Virus record (IMG/VR): IMGVR_UViG_3300044957_000763
Span: 310,001 to 374,000 of that record
DNA: 64,000 nt
Direction: 5' to 3' (one strand)
Both the position numbers and the translations under genes were made by a program. The notes under the pieces are model-generated. The model was given only the letters and a program-made list of their open reading frames with translations, was not told the DNA's origin and made no database searches. Positions within the stretch are counted from its first letter, which is position 1, and the number at the start of each line of letters is the position of its first letter. Of the stretch, positions 9,134 through 17,987 are shown piece after piece.

Positions 9134-9203
9134 TTGGAATTAGTGTATGGCAACACATCCGGGGTTGAACCGGAAGATGCGGGTTCAATTCCTGCGTTCC
9201 GAT
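9134..9203 (+). tRNA. tRNA-Gln(UUG)-like, atypical anticodon loop, CCA not encoded
   Basis: Cloverleaf: acceptor TTGGAAT/GTTCCGA, D stem GTGT/ACAC, anticodon stem TCCGG/CCGGA with loop GGTTGAA, T arm GCGGG-TTCAATT-CCTGC. Confidence 0.75.
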
Positions 9204-9314
9204 AAAAACATGGTGTGTCGGGCACTGTTGTAAAATTTAGAACAAGAGCGCGGAAAACGACTTCGGTCGGGCATCGCTCACAAAATTAAACTTTACAAAC
9301 AAATTTGAAGAAAA

Positions 9315-9344
9315 GAAAAGCCACTACTAAAGTAGTGGCTTTTC
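9315..9344. terminator. bidirectional intrinsic terminator
   Basis: GAAAAGCCACTACT/AGTAGTGGCTTTTC perfect inverted repeat. Confidence 0.8.
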
Positions 9345-9480
9345 GCTTTATAAGAGTCTTGGTCTTAATTCACTTAGCGCAAAAAATCGAGCTACGGGGC
9401 AGCGGCGCTGGTTAGGTGTTTGGTAGACCAGGGAGCACGACGAGAGGTACGACTTCCACTTGATACATGCTGCCCCGCAA

Positions 9481-9576
9481 TCACTCATCTTGATTTTCGA
9501 GCCACTCGTCAAAGCACTCTATACACATGCCACGAAAGGTTCCGGTCACTTCTTTACCACAGATTTTGCATTTCAT
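9481..9576 (-). CDS. 31-aa zinc-ribbon peptide
   Basis: Manual translation MKCKICGKEVTGTFRGMCIECFDEWLENQDE (two CxxC). Confidence 0.5.
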   Translation of the reverse strand: MKCKICGKEVTGTFRGMCIECFDEWLENQDE

Positions 9577-9689
9577 CGGTGTAATATTCCGGCGGCCTAG
9601 GTTCAAACGGACAGATTTTCGAGCTTTTTTCGAAAAAAGTCTCTTAGGGCATTATATTTTCCGACGTTTCTGGGCATAATATAATGTAC

Positions 9690-10235
9690 TTCCGCGAATG
9701 GAACGAGAAAATCGAAACGAGAAATCGTGGCGCGATTAAACTCCTCCAGGTCGAGAGACAAACTACGAAAACACTGGTTTTTTATCAGAATATCAGAAAC
9801 GTGTCGCAAGTGGTCGCGGAATTCGAAGAACAAGCGTAAGCTAGACTCTGGAACGCCACCGAGTACGGTCTTCGATGCAGGCAAGCCTCAATCGCTTTGC
9901 CGAACGTGAAAAATTTCATATCACCGACTGAGGAACGAGTCTGGAATAGCCCCCAGACAGACTGCACGGACAGTGAGTATCCAACAGAGCTCGTGAACGA
10001 AAGGAAGCTAGTAACGAGAAGCCTGGCAGGCGGAAAGAAATCGAGTCGTGAGATTCGTCGGTGGTATGAAAACTCGATAATATTGCAGGGGAGGGCTCCG
10101 ACGAATCGTCCCCTTGGATGAAGCCGGTCCGCTTAACCCCTGCAATGTTGATTTGCCCTGTAGGTCTTCGGACTGACGACGACAGTTTCATTTGTTCAAA
10201 AAGAGGCAGACCTTCGGGTCTGTCTTTTTTGTTTT
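9690..10235 (+). ncRNA. candidate large structured ncRNA
   Basis: No convincing ORF; GNRA/UUCG-capped hairpins; 10-bp long-range stem; -10-like box upstream; terminator 10201-10235. Confidence 0.5.
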
Positions 10236-10339
10236 ATGCTATACTCTGTTTGAAATCATTTCGCGGCCCCGGAAACCAGCTTCGCTGGCTGAAGAATCTG
10301 AGCGGCCCCGGAAATCGCGGCGCAGGAGTAAAACGAATC

Positions 10340-10819
10340 ATGGGATTAGACATGTATCTCTCAAAGCGTACCTATGTCAAGAACTGGAGTCACATGAAAC
10401 CAGAAGAGCGACATGAGGTCAGTGTAACTCGTAACGGTTCGACCGTTACTGCTATCAAGCCCGAACGCGTTTCGTACATCGTCGAAGAGGTGGCGTACTG
10501 GCGCAAGGCAAATGCCATTCATGACTGGTTTGTCAAGAACTGTCAGGATGGTGTCGATGAGTGCCAGGAGTCATATGTTTCACGTGAACAGCTTCAGGAA
10601 TTGCTTGACGTTGTCAACGCGATTCTCGCTGCGCCGGCGGGTGAAGAGCGTGACCGTCTGGCCGCTGAGACCCTACCACCTGTGGCTGGTTTCTTCTTCG
10701 GAAGCACGGACATTGACGAGTACTACTACGAGGACCTTGAGTTCACGCAGGAAACTCTGACTGAGCTCTTAGCTGAACCGGACGAAGGCGAAAGATTCAT
10801 CTACCAGTCGTCCTGGTAG
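10340..10819 (+). CDS. conserved phage hypothetical protein (MGLDMYL.../YWRKANAIH type)
   Basis: Start moved to ATG 37 nt after motif 10303. Confidence 0.85.
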   Translation: MGLDMYLSKRTYVKNWSHMKPEERHEVSVTRNGSTVTAIKPERVSYIVEEVAYWRKANAIHDWFVKNCQDGVDECQESYVSREQLQELLDVVNAILAAPAGEERDRLAAETLPPVAGFFFGSTDIDEYYYEDLEFTQETLTELLAEPDEGERFIYQSSW

Positions 10820-10878
10820 AGTAAATCGAGTCCGGGGTTGCGGCCCCGGACTCACGAAATCGAAGAGAAAAAACAATC

Positions 10879-11490
10879 ATGGGAACACGTAACCTAACAA
10901 TCGTTCAATCTAACGGCGAATACAAAGTCGGTCAGTACTGCCAATGGGATGGCTACCCTGCTGGTCAGGGTGTCACTATCCTTGAAGCCCTTTGCAAGAT
11001 GGACATTCTGGCATTCAAGAAGAATGTCGACAATTTGAAGCAACTCACTGCAGATGAAGTGCAAGCATACTGGAAGAAATGCGGTGCTGATGATTCTGGG
11101 TGGGTGAGCTGGGATGTCGCTAACAAATTCAATGAGAAATACCCGCACCTACATCGCGATTTCGGTGGCAAGATTATCGAAGCGATTGCTTCGGGCGAAG
11201 TCAAGGAAGTCTATTCTGATGTGAGTTTTGCCGGCGATGGTCTCTTCTGTGAATGGGCGTATGTCATCGACTTGGACAAGAACACTTTTGAAGTGTACAC
11301 TGGTTTTAGCAAGGGACCAATGAAGCGCGGTGGCCGCTTCAATTCTCTCAAGCGTCGCAAGACGAAGAAAAACCCAGAACCGTACAACCCGGTGAGCCTG
11401 CTTGCTTCTTGGTCTTTGGACTCTCTTCCTACTCAAGAAGAATTCCTTATGCTCGAGAAGTGTGAGGATGAAGAGGAAGTGATGGCATGA
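10879..11490 (+). CDS. conserved phage hypothetical protein (MGTR...QWDGYP type)
   Basis: Motif +38; recognisable MGTR/YCQWDGYP/EWAYVIDLD pattern. Confidence 0.85.
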   Translation: MGTRNLTIVQSNGEYKVGQYCQWDGYPAGQGVTILEALCKMDILAFKKNVDNLKQLTADEVQAYWKKCGADDSGWVSWDVANKFNEKYPHLHRDFGGKIIEAIASGEVKEVYSDVSFAGDGLFCEWAYVIDLDKNTFEVYTGFSKGPMKRGGRFNSLKRRKTKKNPEPYNPVSLLASWSLDSLPTQEEFLMLEKCEDEEEVMA

Positions 11491-11810
11491 CACTCACGCA
11501 AAAAGCACAATACATCGCAAATAAGTGCGCTGACGCGTACTCATTTGACCGCTACAGTTCATGGATGTCCGTGGCTCGAGAATTGCTAAAACTGGGTTGG
11601 AAACCCATTGAGGTTGAGGCATTCATGCGCAGCAAGCACACCAGGTGGGCCGGCGACGTTTCAGGCAAGCCTTACGGTAAGTGCACCGGCAATGACGTGC
11701 TCAGATATCTAGAGAACGAGCGTAATATGCCACGCGGTATTCAAGCGGAGCTGGATGAACTGGTCGCCGGAACTTGGTCTGTTAATGACCAGCCGGTGTA
11801 TCCACTTTAG
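11487..11810 (+). CDS. hypothetical protein
   Basis: ATGA overlap with upstream gene. Confidence 0.75.
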   Translation: MTLTQKAQYIANKCADAYSFDRYSSWMSVARELLKLGWKPIEVEAFMRSKHTRWAGDVSGKPYGKCTGNDVLRYLENERNMPRGIQAELDELVAGTWSVNDQPVYPL

Positions 11811-11850
11811 CGGCCCCGGAAACCAAATTTCGGTCTCTAGATAAGACATC

Positions 11851-12012
11851 ATGAAACCAATCGAACCTACAAAGTTGCTTGTTTCAGCCCACAAGCCTGT
11901 AACTCCTAAGGAGTTCAGACCTGCAGGTTGTTACTGTGATTCAGTCAAGCGACGCTGTGGCGTCTGCAATCGTGACGCCGGCGTCAAAGCCGCGTTGAAG
12001 AGGCCGGTTTAA
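11851..12012 (+). CDS. 53-aa Cys-containing peptide
   Basis: Manual ORF filling the space between motifs 11811 and 12017; CYC...CGVC. Confidence 0.55.
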   Translation: MKPIEPTKLLVSAHKPVTPKEFRPAGCYCDSVKRRCGVCNRDAGVKAALKRPV

Positions 12013-12053
12013 CCACCGGCCCCGGAATCGAGAAGAAGGAAAAAGAAACAGAT

Positions 12054-13343
12054 ATGTCAACAATGACAGTAGTTCAGAACCCGGTCAATGAGACCTATTT
12101 TCGACCATACGACTTCAACATGACCGACGGTCGTCGGGCATATGTTGATGCGAATGGTACATTTCGCACTGCATTTGACGAGACCGCCGATGCTACCCAC
12201 ACCAAGGTGGCTCTAGACTGGCGTGCTCGATGCATTCCTGCGTTGCCGTTGTTCCAGCGTGTTTATGACGCCGCTCAATACAACGTTGACATTCAGACTG
12301 CTGAAAGCAACGTTCGCATCACGAATGACTTGACCCTGCCGGATGGCACCAAGTTCACTCATGGCGGACTGCGGTCTCTGATGTTTTTCGCTGGTATTCC
12401 AATCAAGATGCAGGATTGGCTTGCGATGTACGAATACCTGCCGGACCTAGCACGTTTCTGCAACGAGTCTCTCGACCGTCGCGAAATGGAATGGGCAGAC
12501 AAAGGTAAGCCTGCTCGAAACTTCATGGTTCGAATGCGCAAGGACGAGCATGGTCAGCACGTTGTGCGTGCTGTATTGTCTGGTCAGTATGCGCGATTCG
12601 ACAATCATGAGGCGTGCAAGATGGTGGAGACTGCTTTGTCCACGATGGACGACGTGCTCGTCACTCATGGTTGGACGAACCAAGATTCGCTCATGCTGGA
12701 CTTGCTCTTGCCTGACACGATGAAGGACGACCCTACCAATCAGTGGGGTGTCGGATTCAGCTTCTCGAACAACGAGATTGGTGGTGGCACGTTCAGTGTT
12801 GAGCCGTATGTGTTTCGTTCGATTAATCGCACCGGTTACCGATGGGGTGGATTCTCCACCATCGTCAGTGTTGACCAGCGTCACATCGGACGAATCAACT
12901 ACATCAAACTGCAGGCTGACGTCAAGCGTGCAATTGACATTGCGCTGACCGAAGGTCGTTCGATGTTGAATCTTCTGAGTCTGGCTCAGTCGGTTCGCAT
13001 TAATGACCCGGCTTTGGTTATCTCTGGCTTGTCCAAGGAAGCTAAGCTGACTCAGTCTGACATCGAACTGGTGGCTCGAAAGTACGTTAAGGGTCAGAGT
13101 GACCCGCGAACGAACGGTACTGCATTCGGTGTCGTGGAAGCGATTGCCGTTGCTGCTGCTGACGAGCATGGTGAGCGACGAACAGCACTTGAGGCTTCCG
13201 CTGGACGACTTGTTGCGCCTAAGCTGAATTCGACTGTCTCTGACATCGAAAAGCACTGGGCAGACATTGAGTCCACGGCTGCGCGAAAGGGTGATAAGGA
13301 TGTCATCCAGGCTGTTCGTGACATCTTGAGTGGTGCGAAGTGA
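12054..13343 (+). CDS. DUF932-like protein
   Basis: VRAVLSGQYARFDN and FSNNEIG...HIG resemble the DUF932 family; motif +37. Confidence 0.65.
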   Translation: MSTMTVVQNPVNETYFRPYDFNMTDGRRAYVDANGTFRTAFDETADATHTKVALDWRARCIPALPLFQRVYDAAQYNVDIQTAESNVRITNDLTLPDGTKFTHGGLRSLMFFAGIPIKMQDWLAMYEYLPDLARFCNESLDRREMEWADKGKPARNFMVRMRKDEHGQHVVRAVLSGQYARFDNHEACKMVETALSTMDDVLVTHGWTNQDSLMLDLLLPDTMKDDPTNQWGVGFSFSNNEIGGGTFSVEPYVFRSINRTGYRWGGFSTIVSVDQRHIGRINYIKLQADVKRAIDIALTEGRSMLNLLSLAQSVRINDPALVISGLSKEAKLTQSDIELVARKYVKGQSDPRTNGTAFGVVEAIAVAAADEHGERRTALEASAGRLVAPKLNSTVSDIEKHWADIESTAARKGDKDVIQAVRDILSGAK

Positions 13344-13377
13344 GCACCACTCAAGCACTCTTAAGGGCACGAGGTGC

Positions 13378-14001
13378 ATGGAAATGACAGGCGCGACATT
13401 AATCGTTCGCAAAGGCAATCAGTTTGCCTTGTGCAAGGTGCGATGTGATGGTTACGATTTGCCGAAAGCAATTCCACATATCAACCAGCATCTCGCAAAC
13501 ACACCGACACTGTATTGCCAGGCATTTCTTGCGTATCACATAAAGGATATTGTTCCGACTGAAGCGCAATTCGATGCCTACAATGCGGCTGTTGCGAAAT
13601 ACAACGAAGAGGTCAAGAATCTCACACCAACAGGTGATACTCTTGAAGACTTGATGGCCATGCAGGACTTGCAACGTGCTTGTGGTGTAATGGACGCAAG
13701 TTCTGGAATGATTACCTGGATGTCGCTATTGGAGTTGACCCGCCAAGGACGTCCGTTCGAGTTTGAACTAGATGTTCCAGAAGGGTTAAGCCCGTGGGAA
13801 ATCTATCGTTTAGCTGAAGACAAGGCTGACGAACTGATGGAAGCACTGGGCGAAGAGTTTGAAGATTATCTCTGCTCATATGCAGACTATATCATGTTGG
13901 TAGACCTTGATATTCCTCAGGCATATCAGTTCAACCATTCAGTAGTGGGAGACCACGACGACCGAATCGAGACAGGAAAAAACGAAAATGGGACGCACTA
14001 A
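13378..14001 (+). CDS. hypothetical protein
   Basis: ORF with GAGGTG SD; DGY...DYIMLVDLD loosely resembles 10879 product. Confidence 0.7.
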   Translation: MEMTGATLIVRKGNQFALCKVRCDGYDLPKAIPHINQHLANTPTLYCQAFLAYHIKDIVPTEAQFDAYNAAVAKYNEEVKNLTPTGDTLEDLMAMQDLQRACGVMDASSGMITWMSLLELTRQGRPFEFELDVPEGLSPWEIYRLAEDKADELMEALGEEFEDYLCSYADYIMLVDLDIPQAYQFNHSVVGDHDDRIETGKNENGTH

Positions 14002-14488
14002 GATTATGCGCAACTACAAAGACGCTCGCGATTTCGTTCGCGGGCTTGGACTCAAGGACACGGCTGCATGGCATGCCTATGCGGCTAGTGACCAGCGACC
14101 GAAGGACATCCCGGTGAATCCGTGGGTGGCTTATCGAAGCTACTTCGCCCAGACCGGCGAGAAGTTCTCGATTAACGACTTCATTGGTGCACGCGCCAAG
14201 CGTGGTCGACCGCGCAAGGACGAAAATCGTGGTACACCGGTGAAGACCGCGAAGACCGCGAAGCAGAAGACCGAGGTGCAGAAGAGTGCATACGAGATGG
14301 CGAAGGATATCGTGCGTGGGCTCAATTTGAAGAGTCGCGCCGCCTTCACCGAGCTCTCGAAGAATGGCGGCCGCCCCGAGGGTGTGCCAGCTCGCCCAGA
14401 CCTCACCTTTGCGGGTGACGAATGGGAAGGTTGGGCCGCATTCCTTGGCAATGCGCCGGCACCTGAGCGGGAGCTCGTCAACGCTTAA
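13988..14488 (+). CDS. putative DNA-binding protein: two integrase-repeat-like units plus an AT-hook
   Basis: Two Y..A...VRGL.LK....P...P..P units flanking KRGRPRK. Confidence 0.65.
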   Translation: MGRTKIMRNYKDARDFVRGLGLKDTAAWHAYAASDQRPKDIPVNPWVAYRSYFAQTGEKFSINDFIGARAKRGRPRKDENRGTPVKTAKTAKQKTEVQKSAYEMAKDIVRGLNLKSRAAFTELSKNGGRPEGVPARPDLTFAGDEWEGWAAFLGNAPAPERELVNA

Positions 14489-14535
14489 CCTTTATGCCCC
14501 GAGACCACATGGTCTCGGGGCTATCGGTGTTTATC

Positions 14536-15036
14536 ATGACGATTAACAACGCTTTTAACCAAATTGCGGCCGTGGTGGCCGAGCTTATTCTCATCATCGA
14601 CCGAGAAATCGGCGCGATGGAGATGCTCGATAACACCGGGGCCAAGAGTACATTCATCGAGGCTAAGAACGAACTCCAGGCCTCGACCGGTGGTAGCGGC
14701 TTTGCCGGCGGAGTCAGGATGTTGAATGCCATCAACACGTGTGCTAAAGCATTCGAAGAGCGCTCGTGTACAGAATCTGAAACACCTGAATATTGGCTAT
14801 ATCATGCCTATGAATTCCGCCGGAGTGCTGAGCACGCGGCTACTGATTTGTTGCACACTGTTGGTTGCGCTCCACAATTCGAGCGTTCATTGGCCGGTTT
14901 GCGAATCAGTTGCGCCTATCTTGCGAAGCAACTGGGTTATCGCGACGCGACCATGAGGTTCGCTCAAGGTGCCCTGCGTTTAGCGGCCCCGGAATCAGAT
15001 ATCGAACTTGTGAGAAAAGTAATGCAACCGCATTAG
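14536..15036 (+). CDS. hypothetical protein
   Basis: ATG after hairpin 14496-14521; motif 14984 lies inside the 3' end. Confidence 0.65.
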   Translation: MTINNAFNQIAAVVAELILIIDREIGAMEMLDNTGAKSTFIEAKNELQASTGGSGFAGGVRMLNAINTCAKAFEERSCTESETPEYWLYHAYEFRRSAEHAATDLLHTVGCAPQFERSLAGLRISCAYLAKQLGYRDATMRFAQGALRLAAPESDIELVRKVMQPH

Positions 15037-15045
15037 GAGAAAGAA

Positions 15046-16143
15046 ATGCAAATCGCTGGATACTCATTTGAAAATCCGACGCGACACGTATACCTGCACC
15101 TTTACAATCCGAGCGCAAACCATGACAAGGTCTATCACATTGTTGCTGACAAGAACAGTGAAGGCAAAGTCCAGGTCTCGGTAATGTGGGGTCGGCGTGG
15201 AAGTTCGCTTCGGCACATGGTGAAAACCAAAGACAGGAATCAGCCCGCTTACCTATCAGAATGGTCGGCTAGAGCCGTATTTGATAAGTTGCTTGGCGAA
15301 CAAATCAAAGGTGGTTATGAGGTGAAAAACGATGAAACGTTTACACCTGGTGCCCCGGTCGTCGTCAACGAAATCGAAATCGAGTCTGAAGAGAGCACAT
15401 TAATCTGGCCTCCGCGTTCATACGCTGAGAACCCGGTTCGTGCTACGGTCGTCAATCATGACTTTGAGCTCGCTGGTTATGGTATCGTGCTCCTGCCGGA
15501 AGGCAAGCGCATTATTACCCTGATTGAGAAGGACAAGAATAAGTTCTTCGACCAACATGGGGCTGAAATCACTGTCGAACAATCGCTGTTCAACGCGGTC
15601 TATGACCTTGAAGACAACACGATTATCGACGGGGTGTGGGATGGTGACCGCTACTTTGTGTTTGACATGCCTGGTGAGAGTGATTACACAGACCGCATCA
15701 AATCCTTGGCAGAGTATATTGACGGAACGGTCGATGAAAACGTGGTCCAGATGGCTGACATCTATCTAACCACGGCCGAGGCCCAGATGGCTGTGACCGA
15801 TGCTCGTGAGCGCGGCGCGGCGACTATTCTGGGTATTTTGATGTCCGGCGGAGAGCGGCCTGGACAGAACGACAAGTCACGAGTGATGTTAAGTTTGCGG
15901 CCCCGGGCTGTGCTTTGCGTGATGAAAACTGGTAGCGCATTTGCCACACTCGGAGTTGACGACGGGCTCGGACTTATCGAAGTCGGGTCGTTCTTAATTC
16001 CAGAAGACATCAAGGCTGGAGACAGCGTTCTTGTCGAGTACGATTCTTGGGATGGTCACGGAAGTGAACTCAAGAAGCCTGTGTTCATCAAGAAAGTAGA
16101 CCAGGGAACCGACTGCTCAATCGAACAACTGCTCGCGGTGTAA
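15046..16143 (+). CDS. WGR-domain protein fused to a degenerate ATP-dependent ligase/OB fold
   Basis: DKVY...WGRRG; LPEGKR in place of KxDG.R; IIDG, YFVFD. Confidence 0.7.
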   Translation: MQIAGYSFENPTRHVYLHLYNPSANHDKVYHIVADKNSEGKVQVSVMWGRRGSSLRHMVKTKDRNQPAYLSEWSARAVFDKLLGEQIKGGYEVKNDETFTPGAPVVVNEIEIESEESTLIWPPRSYAENPVRATVVNHDFELAGYGIVLLPEGKRIITLIEKDKNKFFDQHGAEITVEQSLFNAVYDLEDNTIIDGVWDGDRYFVFDMPGESDYTDRIKSLAEYIDGTVDENVVQMADIYLTTAEAQMAVTDARERGAATILGILMSGGERPGQNDKSRVMLSLRPRAVLCVMKTGSAFATLGVDDGLGLIEVGSFLIPEDIKAGDSVLVEYDSWDGHGSELKKPVFIKKVDQGTDCSIEQLLAV

Positions 16144-16170
16144 TATCCGCGAGCAGGGAGACTCGCGGAT

Positions 16171-17217
16171 ATGAAAAACAAAAACCAATACCTCAATGCT
16201 GATGGTGAGTATTTCGAAGTCGAAGGCAGTGAGGCGTATTACATGACAGAAGATGAATTATGTGACGCTTCAGACTTATTTCAAAACGAACTCCAAGATA
16301 TCAAAATGGATTTGCAAGACTTGGTGCACCGATGGATGGGTCATGCGAACTTCGTTTGGGCTACTCTAACACCTGACCACCTGACCGAATTAAACGCTCG
16401 GTGTGGGTATATCAAGAAGAACATTGGGTTATTTCTCGAAGACGTGTATCGAGTGCTAGGAACTCGTGGTTCAGACAGTTATTACCAAACAGCGGCTGAT
16501 TACGAAGATGAGATTTACTGCAATCACGAATTCGAGTTGAACTTGATGCAAGTGATTCAGAAGTCTTTCGAGTTCAGTTCTGGACAAAGCCAAGGTATGG
16601 ATGGCATCATTGACCTTGAATGGTTTGAACAGAAGTATGCTGGCACATGGATGCGTCGATTGTTAAATCCGGTGGCTGTCAAGCCTTGGAATATGCCTGC
16701 TGCGCCTGCTTTTATTGTGCCTGAGCGGCCGCGAGTAATTCTAAAGGTACTGTCGATAGCAGACTGTGCGCCACGAATCTCCGTAGGCCTCGATGACATC
16801 TTCTGCGATAAACCAATCGGCACTGGAATCCTAGTTGATGACGATGTGCGCGTAGGTGACAGAGTCATTATCAAGACCAGTGGTTGGAAAGGCTTGGGTC
16901 ACGAGATGGAAAAGCCAGAATACGACGGCTTGGCTGAGCGAGATTGTCCATGTTCTGACATGGTTGAGGTCATGGAAGCTAAATATAACTTCGACCTTGA
17001 GTTTGAACTTGAAAGACATGAAGCACAATGGCGTAAGTCATTTCTGGAAAAGCATTTCACACTCCGTACAGAAGGAGAAATCAAGGAATCCGGCAAACGT
17101 ACATGCAACATGATTGGAGAGCGAGAAGTGCGGCACCCGGTCGAGCTTTTTGGCAAAAACTATGAGCCAGAATACTACAACCATGAGCCAGAATACTACA
17201 ACTACGAAGACAAATAA
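16171..17217 (+). CDS. hypothetical protein with ligase OB-like remnant
   Basis: RPRVILKV...VGDRVII...GHEMEKP resembles the C-terminus of 15046 product; 21-nt tandem repeat at the 3' end. Confidence 0.7.
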   Translation: MKNKNQYLNADGEYFEVEGSEAYYMTEDELCDASDLFQNELQDIKMDLQDLVHRWMGHANFVWATLTPDHLTELNARCGYIKKNIGLFLEDVYRVLGTRGSDSYYQTAADYEDEIYCNHEFELNLMQVIQKSFEFSSGQSQGMDGIIDLEWFEQKYAGTWMRRLLNPVAVKPWNMPAAPAFIVPERPRVILKVLSIADCAPRISVGLDDIFCDKPIGTGILVDDDVRVGDRVIIKTSGWKGLGHEMEKPEYDGLAERDCPCSDMVEVMEAKYNFDLEFELERHEAQWRKSFLEKHFTLRTEGEIKESGKRTCNMIGEREVRHPVELFGKNYEPEYYNHEPEYYNYEDK

Positions 17218-17258
17218 TCCCGGCCCCGGAGCCGGGATTGTCTACTTTTGAACAAACC

Positions 17259-17948
17259 ATGAAGCAAATCAATCCGGCTAGTGCCATTGAATTGAGTCAG
17301 AATCGAAAGCTCGGTGCAGTCAGTGCAACCTATGCTTCGCAATCAACCTGTCCGTCGAGCTGTCCGCTTCGCAATGCTGGTTGTTATGCTGAGGCCGGCC
17401 GTATGGGACTCCACACGCGACGCTTGAATGATTCAGACATCACCAAGCCCGAAGCTGTAGCCCAAGTCGAGGCCGATGCCATCGACCGACTTACCGGCCG
17501 GTTTCCTTTGCGCCTGCACGTCGTTGGAGACTCGCCAAACGCCGAGTGCGCGAAGATTGTTTCCGCCGCCGCCGGTCGACATACTGCGAAGTATGGTCAG
17601 CCTGTTTGGACTTACACTCATGCGCTGGACGTTCCACGCGAAGCGTGGGGTTCAGTGAGCGTGCTTCGCTCATGTGAGCGCGTTTCCGACGTAGTCAAAG
17701 CTCTCGAAGATGGCTTTGGCGCTGCAATGGTGGTTCCTGAGTTCAAAAAGGATACCGCGTATGAGATTGCCGAAGGATTGACGGGTATTCCATGCCCTGA
17801 AATGACCGGCAAGGCTGATTCGTGTTTGAGCTGTGGTCTGTGCATGAAGGCAGACAAACTGCGGGCTGGTCGCAAGGTCATCCTGTTCGCAGCTCATGGA
17901 AGTCGGACCAAAACGGTCCAGAACAATCTCCGGGTGCTGGCTTCATAG
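17259..17948 (+). CDS. Cys-rich GP88-like (Fe-S) phage protein, paralogue of 37345..38028
   Basis: TCPSSCPL...GCYA, RLHVVGD, WTYTH, CP...C..CGLC; motif +38. Confidence 0.7.
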   Translation: MKQINPASAIELSQNRKLGAVSATYASQSTCPSSCPLRNAGCYAEAGRMGLHTRRLNDSDITKPEAVAQVEADAIDRLTGRFPLRLHVVGDSPNAECAKIVSAAAGRHTAKYGQPVWTYTHALDVPREAWGSVSVLRSCERVSDVVKALEDGFGAAMVVPEFKKDTAYEIAEGLTGIPCPEMTGKADSCLSCGLCMKADKLRAGRKVILFAAHGSRTKTVQNNLRVLAS

Positions 17949-17987
17949 CCGGCCCCGGAAACGGAAATCTGAGGAAAATCAAACAAC

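Noticed and set aside
8443-9225. 260-aa minus-strand ORF
   Set aside because: Overlaps a better-supported + gene, a terminator, a promoter and the tRNA
9690-10235. tmRNA, RNase P RNA or group II intron; ORFs 9897..10121 and the 10118 N-terminal extension
   Set aside because: No tRNA-like ends, GGAAAGUCC or domain V motif seen; the ORFs lack initiation signals and the extension crosses a terminator
13988-14488. Integrase serving the array
   Set aside because: Only repeat units and an AT-hook; no catalytic recombinase domain
17159-17205. 21-nt tandem repeat (NYEPEYY/NHEPEYY)
   Set aside because: Simple slippage duplication at a C-terminus, with no sign of a wider system
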